The notes under the pieces are model-generated. The model did no database searches. It saw only the letters and a list, made by a program, of their open reading frames with translations, and had not been told where the DNA came from. From NCBI GenBank assembly GCA_001784175.1, contig MFPR01000009.1, forward strand, positions 1-48,616: a stretch of 48,616 nucleotides of DNA. Reading direction: 5' to 3'. Numbering within the stretch: position 1 is the stretch's first letter; every line of letters begins with the position of its first letter. Of the stretch, positions 1 to 7,378 are shown piece by piece. This stretch comes from Candidatus Lindowbacteria bacterium RIFCSPLOWO2_12_FULL_62_27. Lineage in GTDB: Bacteria > Lindowbacteria > 2-12-FULL-62-27. The position numbers were made by a program, and so were the translations under genes.

Positions 1-195
1 GTCTCCGTCGTTGTCGGCTCGGACGGGGGGATGTAGGCCTTCTTGTCCTCGCGCAGTCCCGTGAATTTGAGCGTCTCCGTCGTCGTCGGCTAGCTCGGCG
101 GGATGTACGCTTTCTTGTCCTCGCGCAGTCCCGTGAACTTGAGCGTCTCCGTCGTCGTCGGCTCGCTCGGCGGGATGTACGGCTTCTTGTCCTCC
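1..195 (-). repeat. 72-bp (24-aa) coding tandem repeat EDKK(P/A)YIPPSEPTTTETLKFTGLR, about 2.7 copies visible, running off the window edge
   Basis: Period 72: equivalent codons at 162-164 (GAG), 90-92 (TAG) and 18-20 (GAG) on the minus strand. Copies differ mostly at synonymous positions. Confidence 0.93.
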
Positions 196-1052
196 TTGGG
201 TTCCACTGGCGGCGCTTCTTCCTTCACCGGCTTCTTTCGATTCACCGCCGTCACTTCGCAGGTGATCTTCCTGCCGGCGTGTTCCGGCATTGGGGTGTAT
301 TCCCACTCCGTGGCGTTCGGAATCACTTTGCCGTCCACCAGCCACCGCACGGTCAACTTCGCGTCCGGGTCGTTCCACTTTCCGGGGTCGCAAATCAGCG
401 GTTCATTGACTTTGGGCTCCTTGTGTCCCTTCGGCCCCTTCGGGTCTTTCGGTCCCTTCGGCTCGACTGTCGGCGGTTCCAGGTTCTTCAGGACCGCCAC
501 CACCTCCACATTTGCCTCCAAGAATCGGCCGGTGGCGTCGGTAATCCGCACGATGTCAGTGACGCCGAATTTCTTGCCCGCCGTGTAAATGCCGTCGCCT
601 GAGATTTTCGCGCCGGACTTGTTCGTGGAGACCGTATATATATATGGAGGGATGCCGCCGGAAATGGCCATGTTGACTTTCGCGCCCGTGAAGACCCAGC
701 TCGAAAGCTTCGGTTTTAGGTCAGGCTTGAGAACGGCCAGCATCAGCGTGTAGCCGCTCCAGACTTTATAGTCCGAAAGACGCCGGCCGCCTTCAAGCAC
801 TTTGCCGCCAAAGACCAGGCTCTGATTTGAGGCCGGTATCCCGGTTTTCTCATAAATCTTCGCCTTGACCTTCTCGATGGTATCGTCCGGCGCCACATCA
901 AGGGTGACGGTGACCTGCTTTTGGGTCTTGACGAAAATCTCCATCGCGTCGGCCACGCCGGCGTGGAATCCCGTGAGGAGACACACGACCGCCGCCAATC
1001 GTAGGAACCACGATCGGTACACTTCCTCCTTCAACTTCACGATCACGGCCAC
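90..1052 (-). CDS. Secreted protein: signal peptide + eukaryote-like ubiquitin domain + Ig-like modules + Pro/Thr-rich repeats; the TAG at 90-92 is probably premature
   Basis: Signal peptide ends HAGVADA and is followed by MEIFVKT...DTIEKVKAKI...GIP...LVFGGKVLEGGRRLSDY (735-944). Next is an NKSGA-type module shared with 3844..5805 and a CxPGxW...W...TCxVTA Ig-like module. The reading frame continues in repeat register after the stop. Confidence 0.85.
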   Translation of the reverse strand: MAVIVKLKEEVYRSWFLRLAAVVCLLTGFHAGVADAMEIFVKTQKQVTVTLDVAPDDTIEKVKAKIYEKTGIPASNQSLVFGGKVLEGGRRLSDYKVWSGYTLMLAVLKPDLKPKLSSWVFTGAKVNMAISGGIPPYIYTVSTNKSGAKISGDGIYTAGKKFGVTDIVRITDATGRFLEANVEVVAVLKNLEPPTVEPKGPKDPKGPKGHKEPKVNEPLICDPGKWNDPDAKLTVRWLVDGKVIPNATEWEYTPMPEHAGRKITCEVTAVNRKKPVKEEAPPVEPKEDKKPYIPPSEPTTTETLKFTGLREDKKAYIPPS

Positions 1053-1088
1053 TGCATCAGCCTCACTGGGATCAACAGACCCGCGTGG

Positions 1089-1556
1089 CTATTTGAAACT
1101 GCCATCGACTTGCGCCACCAATTTGGCATTTGGATCGGCTCCCATAGTCTTGTCGTTGATGACAGCAGAAGCGAGGTTGCCGTACGTTGCCTTCCCTTTA
1201 GTGAAACTAAGTTCACAACTATACGTGGCCTTTATCTTATCCTTCTCGGAGTCAGTCACTGTCGGCCAAACGGTCGACATATAGGGTTGCCACTCCCCGG
1301 ATAGTTCCAGTGTGCCCGCGTACGCGCCGTCCTTAAGCGGAACTTCCTTTGCAGAACTTCCAGTCAGTTGACCCGCAGTGACGTTACAGTTGACGCTCAC
1401 TTTCACTCCCTCCACGACCTTCGAGATTTCGACGGGCACCTTGAGCGTGAACTTTTTCGTCTCGGCCGCCGACCCCGCCACAGCGGTCGCCGCCAAGCCG
1501 GCAATCATCGCTGCGACACCGACGGCGACCAACCCGAACATTTTCGTCTTCATCAT
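1089..1556 (-). CDS. Secreted hypothetical protein, paralog 1 (two Cys, beta-rich)
   Basis: GGAGG RBS at 1560-1564; ATG at 1556 or 1553; Sec signal MKTKMFGLVAVGVAAMIAGLAATAVA; clear paralog of 1704..2177. Confidence 0.82.
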   Translation of the reverse strand: MMKTKMFGLVAVGVAAMIAGLAATAVAGSAAETKKFTLKVPVEISKVVEGVKVSVNCNVTAGQLTGSSAKEVPLKDGAYAGTLELSGEWQPYMSTVWPTVTDSEKDKIKATYSCELSFTKGKATYGNLASAVINDKTMGADPNAKLVAQVDGSFK

Positions 1557-1616
1557 CAACCTCCGACATCCAACATTTTCAGCCGCGTCTGATGACCGGC
1601 CAAGTCTGACGCATTA

Positions 1617-1655
1617 AAATCCGAAATCCGAATATCGAAATCCGAAACAAATTCG
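1617..1655. repeat. Short heptamer tandem repeat, (AAATCCG)n-like
   Basis: aaatccg aaatccg aatatcg aaatccg aaacaaattcg in the intergenic spacer. Confidence 0.7.
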
Positions 1656-1703
1656 TAGTTGAAGATTTCCCATGCCGGGATCAACACCCCGGCGCGTGCA
1701 CGA

Positions 1704-2177
1704 CTATTTTGATAAATTGCCTTTGACTACCGCCACCAGTGTGGCTTTTGGATCGGGTTTCACCATAGTGGAAGTCGCTTTTGCTATGTCGTCGCCGGCA
1801 GCATACGAATTACTCCCACCATTGAGAATAAGCTTACAACTATACCCGGGAACTATCTTAGCCTTCTCGGATTCAGTCACACTTGGCCAAACGGTCGACG
1901 AGGATTTCCACTGCCCGGAAATCACCACATCGCCCTTGTACGCGCCGTCCTTAAGGGTAACTTCCGTTTTAGAATTTCCAGTCAGATAATCACCCGCTGT
2001 GACGTCACATTGGACGCTCGCTACCACTCCCGCCACGACCTTCGAGAGTTCGACGGGCACAGTGATCTTGAAGTTATACGCATCCCCCGCCTGCGCCACC
2101 ACAGCGGTCGCCGCCAAGCCGGCAATCACCGCTGCGACACCGACGGCGGCCAACCCGAACATCTTCGTCTTCATCAT
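1704..2177 (-). CDS. Secreted hypothetical protein, paralog 2
   Basis: GGAGG at 2181-2185; ATG at 2177 or 2174; same signal peptide and shared VPVE.SKVV.GV..SV.C.VTAG and STVWP.VT.SEK motifs as paralog 1. Confidence 0.82.
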   Translation of the reverse strand: MMKTKMFGLAAVGVAAVIAGLAATAVVAQAGDAYNFKITVPVELSKVVAGVVASVQCDVTAGDYLTGNSKTEVTLKDGAYKGDVVISGQWKSSSTVWPSVTESEKAKIVPGYSCKLILNGGSNSYAAGDDIAKATSTMVKPDPKATLVAVVKGNLSK

Positions 2178-2259
2178 CCACCTCCGACATCCAACATTTT
2201 CAGCCGCGTCTGATGACCGGCCTATTGAGAACCACGAATGAACATCTATAAAAAGACCT

Positions 2260-2628
2260 GTAAAGGGGAACAGACTTCCCCCGTCGCCCATGGAAGGGCG
2301 AAGTGCGCTTGATGTGGACCGGGCGTCGACGGTGGACATTGTCGAATCGCCGAGAGAGCTCCCCGAAGGGAGGGTTACAGCGGTCATGAGTCTTGACTCC
2401 ATCTCGAACAGGTTTCCTGTGTTTGCCAGTCATCTATACGTGACTCGTCCCGATCTGGAAGATCAAGACGGCCGATGGAAACAAATGGGCCTGACAGGCC
2501 GGGGCCGATCCACGAATAGAGGCTGTGAGCCGATACATTCGTCGGGACTCTCCGGCCGGCCTTTCGGAGATGGAGCGGGGATTCGTCAGGAAACGAATTG
2601 CCCCGTCCGACTTCGACCGAAAGAGTTG
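2260..2628 (-). ncRNA. Putative bridge RNA/seekRNA of the IS1111-like element (boundaries approximate)
   Basis: Target matches cacgaat (2511-2517) and cattcgt (2536-2542) flank a small hairpin (2521-2531); catctata (2431-2438) matches the IS end junction. Confidence 0.68.
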
Positions 2629-3657
2629 TCAGACCTTGTTCGGATTGAATTCCTCCCCTGTGTTCCAAAGATGAAGCAAGATCGAGAGGATCTTGCGTTG
2701 CGTCGTCAATCGAGCCACATGTTCTTTCAGCCCCGCTTCGCGGCGCCGCCGATAATAATGGGCGATGGGATTGTCGCCCTGAGCCGTGCGAAGCGCGCCC
2801 AGAAACGCATGGCGAGACATCGTCTTGAGAGCCTTGACCCCGCCGGTCGTCAGATGCGGTCGACCGATGGATTTGCCGGCCGATTCCTTGGAGACGACCT
2901 TCAATCCCGCGTAACTCCACAGATCGTGTTTGTCGGGAAATCGTTTGGGAATCTGGACAAACGCGAAAAAGGTGCAGGCGCCGATCGTCCCAACTCCGGG
3001 CACGGCAGTAAAACGGGTCACCTCCGGAAAGCGCCGTCCCTGTTCGATCATCTGCCGTTCCGCCTCTTTCTCCTGCTGTTCGAGTTGGTCCAGCCGATCG
3101 TAGGCATGGCGAAGGCGTGCCTGCGCCGACTCCGGCAGTTGCTTCATGATCACCTCGCGTGGCCCGGAATTGTAGACCAAATACCCCTTGGGAACCACTC
3201 CGTACTCTCTGAATTTGGCTTTGATCCAGTTCTTCAGTCGTGTGCCTTGCCGAACCAGATGCTCTCGATACTGGACGGCCCGTTTGAATTCGACCAGACC
3301 GTGATCCAGGCTGTGGTGGACGCGGCGAAGCGTTCCGAGCCGATACATCGTGGCCAGCTTGTAGGCGTCCAGCCGGTCCGACTTCATCCCGGACGTGATC
3401 CACTTGTTCTGTTTCGGCTCGCTCACAAACACGTCGGCGGAATGGGGACTGAGCGTCTCCACAAACCACTGCGCCATCGTCGATTCTTCCAGGACAAAAA
3501 CCGCCTCTGGAAATCGGTGGGCGAGCTTGATAAGGTTGTAGGCAGTTGTTTGAAAGCTGACCGGCTCGATCACGACGCCGGTCAAATCCGTGACGCACGC
3601 CTCGCAGATGCGAGAGTGCGCGTCCAATCCAATGATCCTTTTGATCGATCTCTGCAT
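2629..3657 (-). CDS. IS110-family transposase (RuvC-like DEDD + Transposase_20-type domain)
   Basis: IIGLDAH, VLEES and KSDRLDA acidic motifs; VPGVG; SYAGL...ESAGK serine motif; AGGAGG RBS. Confidence 0.95.
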   Translation of the reverse strand: MQRSIKRIIGLDAHSRICEACVTDLTGVVIEPVSFQTTAYNLIKLAHRFPEAVFVLEESTMAQWFVETLSPHSADVFVSEPKQNKWITSGMKSDRLDAYKLATMYRLGTLRRVHHSLDHGLVEFKRAVQYREHLVRQGTRLKNWIKAKFREYGVVPKGYLVYNSGPREVIMKQLPESAQARLRHAYDRLDQLEQQEKEAERQMIEQGRRFPEVTRFTAVPGVGTIGACTFFAFVQIPKRFPDKHDLWSYAGLKVVSKESAGKSIGRPHLTTGGVKALKTMSRHAFLGALRTAQGDNPIAHYYRRRREAGLKEHVARLTTQRKILSILLHLWNTGEEFNPNKV

Positions 3658-3723
3658 AGTGATCGACCTCCTTTGTGTGTAGTGTCATGAACACTGCCAC
3701 AAAGCGAGGTCTTTTTTTATTAC

Positions 3724-3799
3724 CACGAATGGGACGAATGGTACGAATAACCCCATTTTTTTATTCGTGTAATTCGTTTCATTCGTGCAATTCGTGTTC
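3724..3799. repeat. 9-nt periodic inverted repeat (ACGAAT units versus ATTCGT units); target of the IS
   Basis: acgaatggg acgaatggt acgaat ... attcgtgta attcgtttc attcgtgca attcgtgttc; a fourth left-arm unit lies at 2233-2244 on the other side of the IS. Confidence 0.8.
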
Positions 3800-3843
3800 A
3801 AAAGATTTGACACAGACCGTGTGACAAATAGACATGCATCGCC

Positions 3844-5805
3844 TTACTCCTCATCTTCCGTGCTCGCCGACGACGATCCTGACGTGACCTCGCCCATCTC
3901 GGCCTCCGGCGTGATCGTCAGCGTCAGCGGCGCGAGCGCTTCCGCCGGCGGCGGGGGCGGCGTGTTGACCTGAACGGTTGCGTCCGCCTTGTTGCCGTCT
4001 TCATCGGTCACGCGCGCCACATCAGTGACGCCGCCTGTGACTCCCGCGGTGTACGCGCCCGTTGCGGCGTTGATGGCCGCGCCGGACTTGTTGTCCGCGA
4101 TCGAAAACTTCAGCGTCCCCACGCCGCCCGTGGCGGTGAAGGATACCGGCTCTTGGATCATGATGCTCGATGTCTTCGGCGCGATCTCCAGAGCCGGCAC
4201 GACATTGACGGCGGCTTCCAGGAAATGTCCGCCGGCGTCCGTGACGCGAACGACGTCGGTCACGTTGGCTCTTGTCCCGGCCGTATACAGTCCCGTCGCG
4301 GCGTCGATCTTCGCGCCGGACTGGTTGTCCGGCACTGAGAACACGTAACTCCCAAGGCCGCCCGTGGCGGTGAATTGGACCGCCGCGTTCACCATCACGA
4401 CCTTGGCCTCAGGCGAGAGCGTCAGCGGCGGAAGGATTTTGACTTTTCCGCTCGCGCTGTTTCCGGCCTCATCGTATACCGCCACAACATCTTCAACCCC
4501 GTATTTCTTCCCCGCGCGATACAATCCGGTCACGGCATCGATCGTCGCGCCTGACTTGTTGGCGACAATGGCATACCGGTAGTGTCCGCCGCCGCCGACC
4601 CCGACAAACGTAACGGCGTCGCCGGACAGAACTTCGGAGTATTTGGGCGCGATGTCCAGACCTCCCGGCGCGACCACGAGAATGATCGGGATGCGCGGGT
4701 CGAACTCGGAGTAGAGTTTCGGAGGATACTCGACGATCAATCCAGCATCGACATCCCGCGCGATGAGACTCCACCGGTATTTTCCCGGCTCGGCCGGCGC
4801 CGCCATGTCGAACCGGGCGGTCACCGTATCCAGCGCGTTCACATTGATCGTGCGCGAAACCGTAGCGGCGTCGCGGCCCTCTTTGGAGATGCTCAATTCC
4901 AGTTTGATCCGGCGTTTCCGCGGTTCGAGGCTTGCGACCTGAAACTCGGCGGAAAATGCCGCATTGGGCGCAAGCGTGCGGCGGTCGACAAAGGGGCCCT
5001 TGATCACGATATCGCGTTTTGCGATCCGAATCGCGCATTCGCGAATCGATGTCACATCCGCATCGATCGTGACGGACTTGAGGCCCGGATCGACGCGAAC
5101 CGTCGCGTCCGAGACTTGGTCCTGCTCATCCCGGACGCGGACGACGTCCACAACCGGAGCGGCGGCGTTTCCCGCGACATACCGGCCGGTCTTGGGATCG
5201 ATCCGGCCGTTCGAGCGGTTTTCCACGAAATCATATCGATGAACATTGCCGCCGCCCAGGGTATGAAACTCGACCACGCCGCCGGGCGGCGCCATCACGG
5301 TCGCGGGCGCCATGACCAAAGGGCCGATGATCGTCGTCAGATGCCGGCGGCCGGACTCCGGATACGTCAACGACGCGCCGGATTTTTTGTCGGCCACCGT
5401 CAGGCGAAAGTCATACCCGCCTTCGAGGAACGGCGCAGCGATGTGAAAGACCATCGAGCCGGACTGGCCGGCGCCGAGTTTGAGGGTCTGCGCGTCGCCG
5501 CGCGCCGTGATTTCGGCGCCCGCACCCAAAATGACGAGTCCTCCGACGAACTCGCCGGGTTTGTCTCCCTTGTTCGTCACGCCGAACGTGATTTCGAACT
5601 TTGAATTCGACATCACGTTCTTCGACACCGCGCTCGGCCCGGACACGGCGATGGTCGCCGCGCCTTTCTTCGTCTGGGATTCCGCCGCCCGCGCTTGCGG
5701 CTGCTGCGTCAAAACCGGATAGACCGCGCAAAAAACAAATAACAACAACAAGGAAACCAGCATTCGCCGTCTGAAGCAGATGCTCAAGCTGCACCGTCCC
5801 TTCAC
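3844..5805 (-). CDS. Secreted/surface protein with Ig-like domains and four GG..Y....NKSGA.ID..TG.Y.AG....DVVRV.D modules
   Basis: Hydrophobic N-terminal signal segment; four related ~78-aa modules; Pro-rich acidic C-terminal tail. Confidence 0.85.
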   Translation of the reverse strand: MKGRCSLSICFRRRMLVSLLLLFVFCAVYPVLTQQPQARAAESQTKKGAATIAVSGPSAVSKNVMSNSKFEITFGVTNKGDKPGEFVGGLVILGAGAEITARGDAQTLKLGAGQSGSMVFHIAAPFLEGGYDFRLTVADKKSGASLTYPESGRRHLTTIIGPLVMAPATVMAPPGGVVEFHTLGGGNVHRYDFVENRSNGRIDPKTGRYVAGNAAAPVVDVVRVRDEQDQVSDATVRVDPGLKSVTIDADVTSIRECAIRIAKRDIVIKGPFVDRRTLAPNAAFSAEFQVASLEPRKRRIKLELSISKEGRDAATVSRTINVNALDTVTARFDMAAPAEPGKYRWSLIARDVDAGLIVEYPPKLYSEFDPRIPIILVVAPGGLDIAPKYSEVLSGDAVTFVGVGGGGHYRYAIVANKSGATIDAVTGLYRAGKKYGVEDVVAVYDEAGNSASGKVKILPPLTLSPEAKVVMVNAAVQFTATGGLGSYVFSVPDNQSGAKIDAATGLYTAGTRANVTDVVRVTDAGGHFLEAAVNVVPALEIAPKTSSIMIQEPVSFTATGGVGTLKFSIADNKSGAAINAATGAYTAGVTGGVTDVARVTDEDGNKADATVQVNTPPPPPAEALAPLTLTITPEAEMGEVTSGSSSASTEDEE

Positions 5806-5930
5806 GGCGGCGACCGTATCACGGCGGCCGGGTTATGCCAAGCCACTTATGGACAATTTTATCTATAATGTTGGGCCGATACTGGAAATGGGCCGGTCAA
5901 CGCCGGTTGAGAAGACTCCATATTCGTTTG

Positions 5931-5959
5931 TTGACTTGTTTCGATTCCGACGATATTCT
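5931..5959 (+). promoter_or_regulatory. sigma70-type promoter of the TA operon
   Basis: TTGACT-17 bp-TATTCT upstream of a GGAGGAG RBS. Confidence 0.6.
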
Positions 5960-6000
5960 TAACTATAAAGAGGTTGTAACTGGAATTGGAGGAGCGGAAG

Positions 6001-6450
6001 ATGAACAGACCCATTCACCGTGTATCGGATGAATCTGAATTAAGTATACGGGCCAAATCCGGCTTGTCGGCGGCCGAGTTTACGGGTACGTTCCAAACGC
6101 TGGAACAAAAAGGATTGGTTCAACGACATTCCGACGGAAAACTTTCGGCGGCGCCGACCGGATTGCGGCATCAAAATTTGTCCATCCCTGAATATCGGCT
6201 CCTCTATGCCATTCTCGGATTGGATATGATTGATCCGAACCATCCGGCCATTGCCGCCATACCGGACATCTTGAACAGCCGACCCCATCTGGCCGGCACC
6301 CGAATCGCGGTTGAGGACATTTCCAATTTGTACGAGGCCGGCTATGGCGCGGAACAAATTCTCCATGTATTCCCCCATTTAACCCGCGTTGACGTTGATT
6401 CCGCCTTGAGGTTTTATTTCGCCCAGTTGACGCCATCCAAGAAGACTTGA
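6001..6450 (+). CDS. DUF433-family antitoxin (VapB45-like) with an N-terminal winged-helix-like extension
   Basis: PDILNSRPHLAGTRIAVEDI...EQILHVFPHLTRVDVDSALRFY; RBS before ATG 6001; overlaps the next gene. Confidence 0.85.
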   Translation: MNRPIHRVSDESELSIRAKSGLSAAEFTGTFQTLEQKGLVQRHSDGKLSAAPTGLRHQNLSIPEYRLLYAILGLDMIDPNHPAIAAIPDILNSRPHLAGTRIAVEDISNLYEAGYGAEQILHVFPHLTRVDVDSALRFYFAQLTPSKKT

Positions 6451-6794
6451 TGCTCAAGCTCTTCCTGGATGAAAACATCACCCGGGCCCCCGATGTCGAA
6501 GAGGAACTCAATCGGCTGGGATTTGATGTTCTTTCCACGCAAACCGCGGGTCGGGCAAATCAAAGACTCAGTGATGAGGACCAGGTGCGATTTGCGGCAG
6601 AGCATGGTCGCGTGCTCGTCACCTTTAACATCCGGGACTACGTGAGCTTTTCGACGCACGCCGGGATTTTACTCGGAGAACAAAAGAATTTTTTGCATAT
6701 CGGAATCCTTATCCGAACGCTCATCAACGCCTGTAATCGGCTCGAGGCCGGGGACATTGTCAACCATGTCCTGCGATTGGAACAGCACCGTTGA
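6447..6794 (+). CDS. DUF5615 PIN-like toxin (VapC45-like)
   Basis: LKLFLDENI, LSDEDQVRFA, RVLVTFNIRDY and HAGILL motifs. Confidence 0.88.
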   Translation: MMLKLFLDENITRAPDVEEELNRLGFDVLSTQTAGRANQRLSDEDQVRFAAEHGRVLVTFNIRDYVSFSTHAGILLGEQKNFLHIGILIRTLINACNRLEAGDIVNHVLRLEQHR

Positions 6795-6833
6795 AAAGAT
6801 ACCGAAAGATGAGGCGCTGAGGAGCACGAAATC

Positions 6834-7280
6834 ATGTCTTTCAGCATTTGCTCTAAAAGCTGTGAGTATGCGTTGCAGATTCTTGCCGCGATACCGCCCA
6901 AAGATTGGGAAAAACGATTCTCGCCGGCGGTGATCTGCAAGGCCACGGCGGTCAAGGAATCCTTTGCCCGCAAGGGCCTTCAGGCCCTGTCCAGAGCGGG
7001 GATACTCGAAGCGGAAACCGGCCCCCGCGGCGGCTACAGGCTGTCGAGGCGGCCGGACCGCATTTCGCTGATCGACGTCATTTGCGCCATAGACGGGGAA
7101 GACACCTACAAACGTTGCATGTTGGGATTGCCGGCATGCGGAAGTGGCGATCCATGCCCATTTCATCATACGTGGAAAGCATTAAGAGGAACACTTCTCA
7201 AGACACTAAAGCGAAAAACAGTGAATGACCTCATGAAAAAATACAAAAAGGAATGCCGGGAGCGCGGCGGCGCGCCGTGA
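6834..7280 (+). CDS. Rrf2-family transcriptional regulator with putative Fe-S ligands
   Basis: SKSCEYAL; GPRGGYRL wing; ISLIDVICAIDG; C-x6-C-x5-C-x2-H. Confidence 0.9.
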   Translation: MSFSICSKSCEYALQILAAIPPKDWEKRFSPAVICKATAVKESFARKGLQALSRAGILEAETGPRGGYRLSRRPDRISLIDVICAIDGEDTYKRCMLGLPACGSGDPCPFHHTWKALRGTLLKTLKRKTVNDLMKKYKKECRERGGAP

Positions 7281-7378
7281 GAAGCCGGTAGACCTTGCGG
7301 GTGAGAATCCCGCCGCATTACCCGTTTTCTCTCTTCAACCTTGCCAAATCTTCCGGCTGGAAGTATGACGACCCACCG

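Larger units (their letters stand above)
1478..2222. repeat. About 120-bp near-identical direct repeat (1478-1600 and 2099-2222) marking a tandem gene duplication
   Basis: Both copies contain ccacagcggtcgccgccaagccggcaatca...cctccgacatccaacattttcagccgcgtctgatgaccggcc, i.e. the 5' UTR, RBS and signal-peptide coding region. Confidence 0.92.
2245..3725 (-). mobile_element. IS110-family insertion sequence, IS1111-like
   Basis: DEDD transposase; 12-bp subterminal inverted repeats with 1 mismatch (2248-2259 / 3707-3718) set 3 and 7 nt in from the inferred ends; about 380-bp non-coding region 3' of the transposase; CA dinucleotide at both junctions (2243-2244, 3724-3725). Confidence 0.88.

Noticed and set aside
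90..92. Genome-wide TAG recoding
   Set aside because: TAG is the normal stop of several well-defined genes here (1089, 1704, 11191, 14299, 23903), and no pyl genes or suppressor tRNA are in the window.
1..195. CRISPR array
   Set aside because: The whole 72-bp unit repeats with no unique spacers, variation is synonymous in a coding frame, and no cas genes are present.
735..944. Bacterial ubiquitin-conjugation system (Bil/Bub-like)
   Set aside because: No C-terminal Gly-Gly, the domain is exported, and no E1, E2 or JAB genes are visible in the window.
2178..2402. N-terminal extension of ORF 1704..2402
   Set aside because: It runs into the IS non-coding end; the RBS and the paralog place the start at 2177/2174.
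2290..3700. ORFs 2290..3690 (+) and 2384..3700 (-)
   Set aside because: Shadow frames of the transposase with no recognisable motifs.
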